Shown: piece by piece, positions 1-25,601 of the stretch
Layout of the letters: every line of letters starts with the position of its first letter
How positions within the stretch are numbered: position 1 is the stretch's first letter
DNA from: Eledone cirrhosa
Taxonomy: Eukaryota
Assembly (NCBI GenBank): GCA_964016885.1
Contig: CAXHJY010000539.1
Coordinates: 1-64,000 of the forward strand
Reading direction: 5' to 3'
Length of the DNA: 64,000 nucleotides
The notes under the pieces: generated by a model
Told to the model about the DNA's origin: nothing
Database searches by the model: none
Seen by the model: the letters and a program-made list of their open reading frames with translations, nothing else
Translations under genes and position numbers: made by a program

Positions 1-81
<81 letters not shown>

Positions 82-100
82 GTATATATATATATATATA
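1..100. repeat. (TA)n microsatellite abutting the RTE 3' tail
   Basis: Nearly pure TA with two G interruptions; runs off the window start. Confidence 0.97.
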
Positions 101-1830
101 TCATCATCATCATCATCATCAACGTTTAACGTCCGTGTTCCACGCTTGCATGGGTTTGGACGGGGGTAGTCCCACTTGAGGCAAGAGTGATTGTCTTGCT
201 CGCATAGGACTGTCTGGCAGGTTTTCTACAGTTGGATGCCCTTCCTAACACCAACCACATTTACAGTGTGGGTCTGGGAGGTTTTTACCGTGTTGCCTAC
301 ACGGCCACATTACAGCGTGGACTGTGTGTTTTTTTGTCGTGACACCTACACGATCTCATTTGTTTCGGCCTGGATGGCGCGGCACCAACATAACTTTACA
401 TAGAACGGGGTGGTGTGGATGGGGTGGGGGTGGTGGCGGGACGGGGTGTATTTTGTTAGAGATGCCTACTGGCAAGGCGGGTCTTCTCTGTTACTGAGTA
501 CCGCCAAAGGTCACGGTCCAGTGACATTGTCTTGGAGAGGTGTAAGTGTGTGAGGTCGGAGTTTATCAGCTCATCCCATGTTTTTCTAGGTCTGCCTATT
601 CCGTGGCTACCGTCTATCTTTATTGCCCTGCACTTTGTAATACAGCTATCGACTTTCATGCGCATCACGTGTCCATACCAACGCAGCCTTCTCTCGAGTA
701 AACAACATCTGATCCCTCTTATCTCTAATTTTTTCCTTAGTTCGTTTATGCTTTGCCGTTCACGTATATTACTGTTACACATCCAGCGGAGCATGCAAGC
801 TTCGTTCCTCTCTAGTCTGCGTATATCCTCTGCACACAATGCCCAGGTCTCACTACCATGCAACATTGCTGTTCGTATGCAGGCATCGTACAACCTGCCT
901 TTCATTTTTAGGGAGAACCCTTTAGCAGCTAATAGTGGTATAAGCTCTCTGAACTTTTTCCAACCAGTTCTGACTCTAGCTACAGTACTTTCAGAGCACC
1001 CTCCCCCACTGCTGATTTTATCGCCCAGGTAACGGAAGCTGTCCACTATTTCTATAAAACCCTCTGCGCAATTGAAAGAGCTAGTATTTTGTGGGCACTT
1101 GCTGCTACTTATTGCACCAGAACACCGGCCACATGTTCTTAGTTAGCTTACCTGTGATCCCACTACATCTTTTATGCACCCATACTTTGCATTTAGGACA
1201 TAAGATGGAGTTTCTACCTACGCCTTTCCTACATACCGAGCACGACCATTTCCCAGAAGGGACCGCCGCCTTGTTTTCTTTCCTACAAACTAGAACTTTG
1301 GTCTTAGCCAGGTTAATTTTAAGTCCTTTTGACTCTAGGCCGTGCTTCCATGTTTGGAATTTCTTCTCTAGCTCGGCCATTGATTCCGCTATGAGTGTCA
1401 GGTCGTCTGCGTATAGGAGTTCCCATGGGCAGCCTGTCTTGAACTCCTCTGTTATAGCCTGAAGGGCAATAATAAATAGTAGGGGGCTGAGAACAGAGCC
1501 CTGATGGACGCCAACTTTTACGCTAAACTCTTCACTATATTCGTTGTTAATTCTAACCTTGCTGACTGTTTCTTTATACATGGCTTGTATAGCCCTCACA
1601 AGCCATTCGTCAACGCCTAGTTTTCTAAGAGCCCACCAGATAATGGAGCGGGGGACTCTGTCGAAGGCTTTCTCCAGGTCGACAAAAGCTAAGTAGAGGG
1701 GTTTACCTTTAGCTAGGTACTTCTCCTGTAGTTGTCGTACTATGAAAAGAGCGTCTGTGGTGCTTTTGCCTGACACAAACCCGAACTGCATTTCATCTAG
1801 ATCAATTCTCTCTCTGATTAGTTGCGCTAT
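101..1830 (-). mobile_element. RTE-clade LINE, 5'-truncated and frameshifted (subfamily A, copy 1)
   Basis: Minus-strand RT motifs [44 protein letters not shown]; 3' UTR ends in (GAT)n at 101-120; ~11-bp deletion near 1135 splits ORFs 1105.. and 456..1046; near-identical to 17355-19106. Confidence 0.95.
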
Positions 1831-3381
<1,551 letters not shown>

Positions 3382-3383
3382 TT

Positions 3384-3992
3384 ATGTCAGGTCACCAGTT
3401 GGTGCTACTGGTAACATGTATCCCAGTACAACCTGTCTCATGGTCGGGTCGTTGGCGACTAAACTGGCAACCCCACCAAGGTTTCTTGGTGAGGACGGTG
3501 ACTTTGGACATCCTGCAGGACTAAAAACAAAACCTGTCAAAGGGCAAAGGAGCTCTTAAGAGTCAATGGCCATCCAAAATCACCGGGAGAGATGACCCCT
3601 TAGCCTTTGTCAAGGCAGAATTCTAGGAGAAGGAAAACTCTGATATAACACCTGCAACCCTGATGGTATCCAATGATGTTGACTTGTTCTTCTTTTTGGT
3701 AAATATCATCTTGGTTAAGAGAGTGGGACTGGCTTTGTGCAGTGCCTTTGCTCACTATAAAAGCTTCACGGCACAGGCATTGCTTTATATCTGGAGATCT
3801 CTCTGCACTTGTCGTCACATGGTTCCATGGGCCCAGCACTATGTGTCAATAATTGTCACAAGTGTAGTGTTTGTACCAGAGTTTTCAAGTCACTGGCTGA
3901 GACTAAAAAGTCACACTCGTTCAGCGCATCGGTAGGGGTTCTCCTACATGGATATAAAGTAGTGGCCGTACTCGAAAACGAGTTGGCAGCCA
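3384..3992 (+). mobile_element. Probable short non-autonomous RTE/BovB-type element (5' UTR joined to the ORF C-terminus and 3' end)
   Basis: CTAGGAGAAGGAAAACTCTGA (~3623) resembles RTE-type 5' UTRs; frameshifted C2H2 remnant [24 protein letters not shown] at ~3857-3935; short CTCGAAAACGAG hairpin before the TA array; bounded on both sides by TA arrays. Confidence 0.5.
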
Positions 3993-3993
3993 C

Positions 3994-16051
<12,058 letters not shown>

Positions 16052-19000
16052 AATGAGACACTGATGCTCACTACCTCCAAATATCCGACAGTGACTATAT
16101 AATTATTGAAGGCGACCTAAATGGTCACGTTGGACAACATTGTGACGGCTACGACGAAATCCATGGAGGCTATGGGTTTGTTACTAGAAATGAGGAAGGC
16201 TCCAGAATCCTGGAATTCTGTGACGCAAATAACCTAACTATCTGTAACACTAACTTCAAAAAACGTGACAATCACCTGATCTATAGGTGATCAGGGGAAC
16301 ACACAAGCCAGGTAGATTATATCCTTACCAGAAGACGTGACAGAGTTTCTGTTGTAAACACTAAATCCCTCCCCCATGAAGAATGCACCTCCCAACATAG
16401 ACTGATAATTAGCGACCTAATAGTCAGGACGAGACGTACTAGACAACAGAAGAGGACTATCCTCAGGAGAAAAATATAAAGCTAAATGACCCCACAGCCA
16501 GAAATAAATTTAAAAGCATACTACTTGATGCTTTCGACAGTAAGGAAGAACATTTAGAGTCGGACAATATAGAGGAGCAGTGGGAATTCCTGAAAGCAAA
16601 CCTGCTGAAGGCGGCAGACGAAGTCTGTGGCTGGAGCAGGCCTGTAGGCAGGAGGAGAGTAACATGGTGGTGGAACAGTAAGGTGGAGGGGTCAATTAAG
16701 GCCAAAAAGCTGGCTTGGAAAGTATGGCGGGATGGGGGAAGTAGAGAAGACTACTATCAAGTGGCCAGGAGGGAAGCTAGGAGACAAGTGTACTTCGCAA
16801 GAAGGGAAGTAGAGGAAAGAAAGTTCAAGCATGTTCTACAACGCGAGGACCAAAAACGTGAGGTGTTCAGGATTGCTAGGCAATGTGTCAAGGAAAACCG
16901 TGATATTGTCGGGGAGAAGTGTGTACTTAATGATGACGGCGTACTTGCCATCACCAACGCTGATAAGAAGGTAGCTTGGAAGTGTCACTATGAAAGGCTA
17001 CTAAATGAGGAGAATAAATGGGAGAAAGACAGTCTCCCTCACATCGACCCAATAGAGGGACCAGCAGTGTTAGTCGAGGGTAGTATAATAAGTAAGGCAA
17101 TCAAGGATATGAAGACGGGTAAGGCAGCTGGGCCTTCGGAAATAGTTGCTGAGATGCTGAAGGCATCTGGCACGGTGGGACACACCATGGTCTCCCGGAT
17201 AGTTAACCAAGTCGTACAGAATGGTGTTGTTCCGAAGGACTGGCGTAGCAGCATCATCATTAACTGTTACAAGGGTAAAGGAGATGCCCTAGATAGGAGT
17301 AACTATAGAGGCATTAAATTAATCGACCAGGTCATGAAGGTCACGGAAAAAGTAATAGCGCAACTAATCAGAGAGAGAATTGACCTAGATGAAATGCAGT
17401 TCGGGTTTGTGTCAGGCAAAAGTACCACAGACGCTCTTTTCATTGTACGACAACTACAGGAGAAGTACCTAGCTAAAAGTAAACCCCTATACTTAGCTTT
17501 TGTCGACTTGGAGAAAGCCTTCGACAGAGTCCCCCGTACCATTATCTGGTGGGCTCTTAGAAAACTAGGTATCGACGAATGGCTTGTGAGAGCTATACAA
17601 GCCATGTATAAAGAAACAGTCAGCAAGGTTAGAATTAACAACGAATATAGTGAAGAGTTTAGCGTAAAATTTGGCGTCCATCAGGGCTCTGTTCTCAGCC
17701 CCCTACTATTTATTATTGCCCTTCAGGCTATAACAGAGGAGTTCAAGACCGGCTGCCCATGGGAACTCCTATACGCAGACGACCTAACACTCATAGCTGA
17801 ATCAATGGCCGAGCTAGAGAAGAAATTCCAAACATGGAAGCACGGCCTAGAATCAAAAGGCCTTAAAATTAACCTGGCTAGGACCAAAGTTCTAGTTTGT
17901 AGGAAAGAAAATAAGGCGGCGGTCCCTTCCGGGAAGTGGCAATGCTCAGTGTGTAGGAAAGGCGTAGGTAGAAACTCCATTTTGTATCAGAAATGCAAAG
18001 TATGGGTGCATAAAAGATGTAGTGGGATCACAGGTAAGCTAACTAAGAACATAGATTTCACATGTGGCCGGTGCTCTGGTGCAATAAGTAGCCCACAAAA
18101 TACTAGCTCTTTCAACTGCGCAGAGGGCTCTATAGAAATAGTGGACAGCTTCCGTTACCTGGGTGACAAAATCAGCAGTGGGGGAGGGAGCTCTGAAAGT
18201 ACAGTAGCTAGATTCAGAACTGGATGGAAAAAGTTCAGAGAGCTTATACCACTATTAGCCGCTAAAGGGTTCTCCCTAAAAATGAAAGGCAGGTTGTATG
18301 ATGCCTGCATACGAACAGCAATGTTGCATGGCAGTGAGACCTGGGCATTGTGTGCAGAGGATATACGCAGACTAGAGAGGAACGAAGCTTGCATGCTCCG
18401 CTGGATGTGTAATAGTAATATACGTGAACGGCAAAGCATAAACGAACTAAGGAAAAAATTAGAAATAAGAGGGATCAGATGTTGTTTACTCGAGAGAAGG
18501 CTACGTTGGTATGGACACGTGATGCGCATGAAAGTCGATAGCTGTATAACAAAGTGCAGGGCAATAAAGATAGACGGTAGCCACGGAATAGGCAGACCTA
18601 GAAAAACCTGGGACGAGCTGATAAACTCCGACATCACACACTTACACCTCTCCAAGACAATGTCACTGGACCGAGACCTTTGGCGGTACTCAGTAACAGA
18701 GAAGACCCGCCTTACCTAAATATATAGTAAAACCTACTACAGTCAGTAGGCATCTCTAACAAAATACACCCCGTCCCACCCCCTCACCCCATCCACACTG
18801 CCCCCTTCAATGTAAAGTTATGTTGGTGTCACACCATCCAGGCCGAAACAAATGAGATCGTGTAGGTGTCACGACAAAAAATCACAGTCCACGCTGTAAT
18901 GTGGCCGTGTAGGCAACACGGTAAAAACCTCCCAGACCCACACTGTAAATGTGGTTGGTGTTAGGAAGGGCATCCAACTGTAGAAAACGTGCCAGACAGT

Positions 19001-19106
19001 CCTATGCGAGCAAGACAATCACTCTAGCCTCAAGTGGGAAAACCCCCGTCCAAACCCATGCAAGCGTGGAACACGGACGTTAAACGATGATGATGATGAT
19101 GATGAT
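16052..19106 (+). mobile_element. RTE-clade LINE, longest copy (subfamily A, copy 2), 5'-truncated within the APE endonuclease
   Basis: APE motifs [17 protein letters not shown] in 16110-16420 with a stop and frameshift; 678-aa RT ORF; 3' UTR with GGAAGGGCATCCA motif; (GAT)7 tail. Confidence 0.96.
16683..18719 (+). pseudogene. RTE ORF remnant: reverse transcriptase with inserted PHD-like zinc finger
   Basis: NYRGIKL, QFGF, DLEKAFD, QGSVLSP, YADD, FRYLG; Cys/His cluster 17937-18074; the true ORF start lies upstream and is disrupted. Confidence 0.9.
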
Positions 19107-19573
19107 ATATGGATATGTATATATATATATGGATATGGACATGTATATCTATATATATGGATATGTATATCTATATATATGGATATGTATATCTATATAT
19201 ATGGATATGTATATCTATATATATATATATATATGGATATGTATATATATATGGATACATATATGGATATATATATATGTATATATACATGGATATATAT
19301 ACATGGATATATATATATGTATATATATATGGATATGTATATATATATGGATATGTATATCTATATCTATATATATGGATATGTATATATATATGGATAT
19401 GTATATGGATATGTATATATATATGGATATGTATATGTATATATATATGGATATGTATATGTATATATATATGGATATGTATATGTATATATATATATAT
19501 ATATATGGATATGTATATATATATGTATATATATGGATATGTATATATATATGGATATGTATATATGGATATA
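19107..19573. repeat. TGGATATG(TA)n variant microsatellite
   Basis: Same unit as 15238-16050. Confidence 0.93.
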
Positions 19574-20407
19574 AATGGCCATGCTCAGTGTGTAGGAAAG
19601 GAGTAGGCAGAAACTGCATTTTATGTCCCAAATGCAAAGTATGGGTGCAAATAAGATGTAGTGGGATCACAGGTAAGCTAACTAAGAATATAGATTTTAT
19701 ATGTGGCCGGTGCTCTGGTGCAATAAGTAGCAGCAAGTGCCTACAGAATACTAGCTCATTCCATTGCACAGATGGTTCTATAGAAATAGTGGACACCTTC
19801 CGTTACCTGGGTGACAAAATCAGCAGTGGGGGCGGGTGCTCTGAAAGTACAGTAGCTAGAGTCAGAACGGGATGGAAAAAGTTCAGAGAGCTTATACCAC
19901 TATTAGCCGCTAAAGGGTTCTCTCTAAAAATGAAAGGCAGTCTGTATGATGCCTGCATACAAACAGCAATGTTACATGGCAGTGAGACATGGGCATTGTG
20001 TGCAGAGGATCTGCGCAGACTGGAGAGGAACGAAGCTTGTATGCTCCGTTGGATGTGTAGGCACCTCTAACAAAATACACCCCCATCCCACAACCCCCAC
20101 CACATCCACACCGCCCCTTTCGATGTAAAGTTATGTTGGTTCCACAACATCCAGTCCGAAACAAATGAGGTCGTGTAGGTGTCCCGACAAAAAAACACAG
20201 TCCACGCTGTAATGTGGCCGTGTAGGTAACACGGTAAACACCTCCCAGTCCCCACTGTAAACGTGGTTGGTGTTAGGAAGGGCATCCAGCCGTAGAAAAC
20301 CTGCCAGATAGTCCTATACGAGCAGGACAACCAATCTTGCCTCAAGTGGGAAAACTCCCGTCCAAACCCATGTAAGCGTGGACGATGGACGTTAAACGAT
20401 GATCATG
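19574..20407 (+). mobile_element. RTE LINE fragment (copy 3) starting at the PHD-like finger, internal deletion, 13-bp TSD
   Basis: KWPCSVC..FRYLG..LRWMC; deletion at ~20058 with GTA microhomology joins ORF to 3' UTR; ATATATGGATATA at 19561-19573 and 20408-20420. Confidence 0.93.
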
Positions 20408-20468
20408 ATATATGGATATATATGTATATATGTATATACATATATATGTATATATATATTTATATATA

Positions 20469-21225
20469 TGACTGACAAGTTTTGAGCCTCCAAGAAATGG
20501 TAAAATGTACAAATATTTTCTTGTTTTATTTTTCAACATAGACTCCATTTGAGTCCACACACTTCTTCCACCGGTGCTGAAATGCCTGGATCCTGCTGAA
20601 GTAAACTCCTTAGTTTGGTCCTCCAGGTAGCTGTCCACAGCACCTATGATGTCATCATCTGTGGCATAGTCTTGTACAGCCATATCCTTTTCCCTGTTTG
20701 AGAACAGGTGGATGTCAGAAGGTTGTAGGTCTGGCATATATGATTGTTGAGGGATGAGTTGGAACCCACAATAATGGATTTTTGCCATTACCACCACCAA
20801 GGTGTAGCTGGAGCATTGTCATGATGGAACAAGACCCTTTTGGTCACCAATCCTTGCCTCTTCTTGTTGCTGTTGTCATGCAGACTTTTAAGCAGGTTGG
20901 CTTAGTATTGTCTGGTGGCCCTTTTGAAGATAATCCACCAATAACACTTCTTGTGCATCTCAGAAAATGGTAGCTATGACTTTTCCTGCTGATGGTGTGT
21001 GGCATTGGTTGTCTTGTGGGTGGGTGAAAATGGGTGCTTCCACTGCTTAGACAGCTCTTTTGTTTCAGGCCAGTAATAATGAACCCGGGTATCGTCCATG
21101 GTTACAAATTGTGCCAGGAAATCTTCCAAGTTGTTGGAGAACATGGTGCGATGAGTGCGCTTTTGTGCTATCATCATTTTCATTTAACATCTGCTTTGCT
21201 TGCTAACCTTAGTTGGACAAAGCTA
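20469..21225 (-). pseudogene. Decayed mariner (Tc1/mariner) transposase
   Basis: FVTMDDTRVHYYWPETKELSKQWKHPFSP (cf. mariner VTxDETW..QW) and YMPDLQPSDIHLF (cf. YSPDLAPSDFHLF) in different frames. Confidence 0.85.
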
Positions 21226-21322
21226 TAGTATATATATATATATATATATATGTGTGTATATGTATGTATATGCATGTGTGTGTATATATATAATATATAT
21301 ATATATCATCATCATTATATGA

Positions 21323-21508
21323 GGGCGGTGAATTGGCAGTATTGGTAGAGGGTCAGACACGCTTTCCAGCGTAGTTACGTCCCTTTACGATCTGAGTACA
21401 AATCCTGCTGAGGTTAACTTTGCCTTTCATCCTTACGGGGTCGATAAAATAAAGTACCAGTTATGTACTGGGTAGTTGCTGTCCTTGTGCCAAAAGTAGA
21501 AACAATTA
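21323..21508 (+). mobile_element. tRNA-derived SINE with Meta-domain-like core
   Basis: A/B-box-like head; core GCCTTTCATCCTTACGGGGTCGATAAAATAAAGTACCAG; tail GTAGAAACAATTA; 13 related copies in the window. Confidence 0.85.
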
Positions 21509-21509
21509 T

Positions 21510-21890
21510 CATTTTATGTCTGCTCTCCCTCCTTGCAAGGGCGGGTCCTATTCAGCACAGCATCTCCATTCGTCACGGTCCTTTGTCATCTCCTCTGTGA
21601 ACTCTCACCACCTCCACCCATGATTTTCGTGGTCTTCCTCTACTGTGTCGTCCTTCCACTCGGATTTCTTGGCACTTCTTTACCCAGTGGTCATCCTCCA
21701 TGCGCATCACATGGCCATACCAATGCAGTCTTCTCTCCCACACATTACAATTTATCCCTCTTATACACAGTTTCTCTCTCAACTCGTCTATGCTTGGTTG
21801 TTCACGCACATTGACATTGTACATCCATCGGAGCATGCTTGCTTCATTTCTCTCCAGCCTTCGCATATCGTCCGCATTTACAATGTGGGC
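21510..21890 (-). mobile_element. RTE LINE 3' fragment (subfamily C)
   Basis: [31 protein letters not shown]; similar to 49350-49996. Confidence 0.85.
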
Positions 21891-21892
21891 TA

Positions 21893-22046
21893 GGTGCTTT
21901 TTCTCATGACACCTACACGACCACTTTACAGTGGGCTGGGTGCTTTTTGTCATGACACCTACACAACCACTTTACAGTGTGGACTAGATGCTTTTTGTCA
22001 TGACACCTACACGACCACTTTACAGTGTGGGCTGGATATGTTTTGT
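21893..22046. repeat. Three tandem 46-48-bp units related to the RTE 3' UTR repeat
   Basis: CATGACACCTACAC(G/A)ACCACTTTACAGTG at 21905, 21951, 21999; compare 301-352. Confidence 0.8.
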
Positions 22047-22617
22047 TCACAGTGTAGGTTGGTGTGGGTGGGTGGTGGCAGGAATGAGTTCCTCAATTTG
22101 GAATTACTCTTTCAGTTCATCTTCCTAGCCATACTTTGAAGTAATGTATTTGCTATGTTGTCAGCTGGAACCACAACACATTTGCTTGACTTGATGGGAG
22201 TGATAAAATATAAACTGTTCATGATAATCTATTAGGAAAACAAATTTTTTTTTTCTATTTACGAGGTGTAAGTAGACCACTGACCCCTCGCCCTCTCTTC
22301 CCAGTAGTTCAACTGGGAATATATCCTGTGGTGTAAACACGACCTCATACGTATATTTACATGTACATACCAACATTCATCTACGGTCATGTGGAGATGC
22401 TTTTCATACAGTGTTCATTGTTTATTGGTGTTGGTTTACATTCTTATAATTTATTGCAGGGAGTGCATGTGTGTGAGCTTTTGTAGGCATATGTGTAAAT
22501 GTGTGTATCAATGTATATGTGTGTGTATATATACATGGTTATTTTTTTGTTACATGGGTATTTATCTCCAGAATATTTTGTTACATACTTTATTTCTTTT
22601 TGTTATATATATATATA

Positions 22618-22726
22618 CAGGGTGCTGCAAAAGTAGGTATACTGCGCACAAAACGTATTTTATTGATTATGCAAACTGGTAATACTAGTATAATCTTTAC
22701 TGAATACCTACTCTTGCAGCTCCCTG
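22618..22726. mobile_element. Tc1/mariner-type MITE (109 bp)
   Basis: TIRs CAGGGTGCTGCAAAAGTAGGTAT / ATACCTACTCTTGCAGCTCCCTG flanked by TA. Confidence 0.75.
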
Positions 22727-23090
22727 TATATATGTGTGTGTATATATATGGATGTAATACAAAACCCGTGTATGGGTTGACGAACCCCAAAAAGTCATTG
22801 CCCTTCTAATAGTGTGTATATAAATGCACATGGGAGAAGGATGCTATTAGCTGAAACTTGCAGTGTATGTAGTGCATCTGTTTGTGTAGGCCTACCGGGC
22901 CTACCTCCTTCAAGGCGTAGTGGCTTCATAACTTAACTAGCACAGGGCCTCATTTGTCCTAAATCCGGCACTGAATGAAATAATAATTTTTTGATAACTG
23001 GTGTTGTGGTTTAAGATGAGAAACTCAACTTATTTCGTCTGTCACAAACGTTGAAATTCTAAGTCCCTGTTGTAGTTTTAACTCAGTATA

Positions 23091-23270
23091 TAATTGTTTC
23101 TACTTTTGGCACAATGCCAGCAGTTGTCCCAGTGCATTACTGGTACTTTATTTTATCGACCCTGTAAGGATGAAAGGCAGTTAACCTCAGCGGGATTTGA
23201 AATGAAAGAAATCTGGCCGCATATCGTAAAGGTCTGTTGTTTCTGTCTCACTCATTGCTCTAAAACATTG
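23091..23270 (-). mobile_element. Meta-domain-like SINE, diverged
   Basis: Reverse complement of the 21323 family. Confidence 0.8.
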
Positions 23271-24117
23271 CATGGATTTTATTGACAACCTGACCAATAT
23301 ATCCATTGGTGTTTTATTTAGTTGATAGAAGAAATCAAAGTCAACCCTGGTGAGATTTTAACTCAGAATGTTAAAAAATGCTGTAACTAAATACAGCATG
23401 TCTGCTGCTCTATCGATTCTCCAAATTCTATCAACATTAAGCCAACGAGGTAGCCTGTATGTGCTCATTTTAGATTGTTAGAAATAGCAGTCAAATCGTC
23501 TCAAAACTCATTCTATGATTAGAAATAATGAAAAGATAGAGGTCAGATTTCGGCAACAGGTGGGCTGCGGTCAACAACTGGGCCACTGAGATTTTTGTTT
23601 TCTTTGGGGTTTGGACTTTATAACAATTTTTATATGTAAGATGTGGGCCATAGGAAAAACTAGAAAAAGAAAAAAAATTAAATAGACCATTGTAAAAAAA
23701 AAAAAAAAGTTGACCACTACATTAGATACTGTCAAGACAACATGGTTATTGTCAGACTACTTTTGATCATACTTCTGCTTGATTAGGAGTGATCGAGGAC
23801 TAAACAAATACAAATAACACGAGCTGACGAGTTTTAACAGGACTACTCGATTGCTAGAAATAGCTACCATATCTCCACTCAAATTACATTCAACCATCAA
23901 AACAAAATGGATACATTGGTCAGTGTAACCCTAGATATACAAAAAAAAAATGGAAGAGCCACCACCGGAACGCTTTTAATCACTGATCCGCTTGATCAGG
24001 TTTGACTTGTTGGTTAAAAGATTAACAGAAGCCAATAAATGTGCCTCTTACAAAGACGCACTAACTGCTAGAAATATTAGTAATTTCTCTAAAATCACAG
24101 GCTATTGTCTAAGTAAA

Positions 24118-24300
24118 TAATTGTTTCTACTTTTGGCCCAAGGCCAGCAATTATCCCGGTGCATTACTGGTCCTTTATTTTATCGACCCTATAAGTATGA
24201 AAAGCAAAGTTAACCTCGACGGTATTTGAACTCAGAACGTAAAAGGCCCAACTCTGTTGCAAAGCAAAGCGTCCGATCCTCTACCGATACTGCCAATCCA
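24118..24300 (-). mobile_element. Meta-domain-like SINE
   Basis: Full-length match to the family. Confidence 0.85.
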
Positions 24301-24306
24301 ACTAAA

Positions 24307-24447
24307 TAATAGTTTCTTATATAGACACAAAGCCAGCAATTTTGGAGGAGGGGAAAGTCGATTAAATCGACGCGTGACTGGTACTTTATTTTATCGACCC
24401 CGTAAAGATGAAAGGCAAAGTTAATCTCGGCGGGATTTGAACCCAGA
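24307..24447 (-). mobile_element. Meta-domain-like SINE, alternative-tail subfamily
   Basis: Same core plus GGGGAAAGTCGATTAAATCGAC segment, as at 53595-53803. Confidence 0.75.
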
Positions 24448-25563
24448 CTCCAACTAAATGCGGTCTTGAATGAACTGTCTGGTTAAAGGAAGGTGGGATG
24501 GTCACGATGATTATCGGTCTGCTCGATCAGAGTTACCTTGGGCTAAACAATAACAACAACAAACTAGTTCTCTATTCAATGATGGGGCCGCTATATGGTT
24601 ACTTAACAGTCTAGAAATAGCAGCTAAACCTCCATCAAATCAACCTGTACCCAACTTTGAAAAGGCATCTTATATAATAATCTGTTTCGAGTTACACAAT
24701 ACGTGAAACAAGATCGTATGGTCAAAGCTGGAGCGTCTTTAGTCGTATGTACGTTCAATTAGGTCTGACATGAGGCTAAACAACAACTACACCACGAGTA
24801 AACTTATCGTACGACTTGCTATAAATATTAGCCAGATCTCCTTCTAATCACACCCTACCATCTAAGAAAAAGAAAGAATGCATTGGATAATATGATGTTC
24901 ACGACCAGAATGTTTAATCAAGTAGGCCTGAGGTGAAATAAGAAGAAAATAGTTCTTAAATAAATTGAAATGAATGAGAGAGAGAGAGAAGTACATATAC
25001 ACCACACACACGCCCACAACCAGAAAATTTGTAATGGAAAGCAAAAAGATAACCGAAAGATGTTGGTTTTTGTTGCTGGTGATTGAGTAGACCTAAGACT
25101 TAAGATATTCCAGCTGTGACCATCCCATCTTTTTAGATGTGCGTAGGATTACATTGTCCAATGTGACCTTGACTGCTATTTCTAGCAGGTTGAGCTTCTC
25201 CAATTAGTTTTGTTGATGTTTCACCCCATGTTAGCCTTGATTAAGAAGACCAACCTGGAACTCAATGTGAAACATTTCGGTCGCGACCATTCCGTCCTTT
25301 TGGGGTTTCGTAGGAAGGTGGTATTATCTAATGTGTCTAAGCAGATTTGGCTGCTATTTCTAGCAGGTCGAGCGATAGACCAAGCTGAGGCTTTTTCGTT
25401 CTTATTATTTTGTTGTGAGTTTTGATTGTTTATATTTTGCTTGTTTTGTCTATTTATACAAATGTAGGCTAAAGGTTTCCCTCATACATATGGTTTTATT
25501 TTATGTTATTAGGTATAGCAATTACGTGTAAGTTCCGCCTTAGTGTTAGCTCTACTGATTATC

Positions 25564-25601
<38 letters not shown>

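Noticed and set aside
191-403. Recurrent 70-aa ORF (also 46491, 48579)
   Set aside because: Antisense to the RTE 3' UTR, non-ATG start, conserved only because the copies are young
532-1032. Recurrent 166-aa ORF (also 18155-18655, 40218-40712)
   Set aside because: Antisense shadow of the RTE coding strand
16052-19106. Autonomous active RTE
   Set aside because: 5'-truncated, stop and frameshift in the endonuclease region, mutated finger cysteine
21893-22046. CRISPR-like repeat array
   Set aside because: No unique spacers, no cas genes, eukaryotic context; derived from a retroelement UTR
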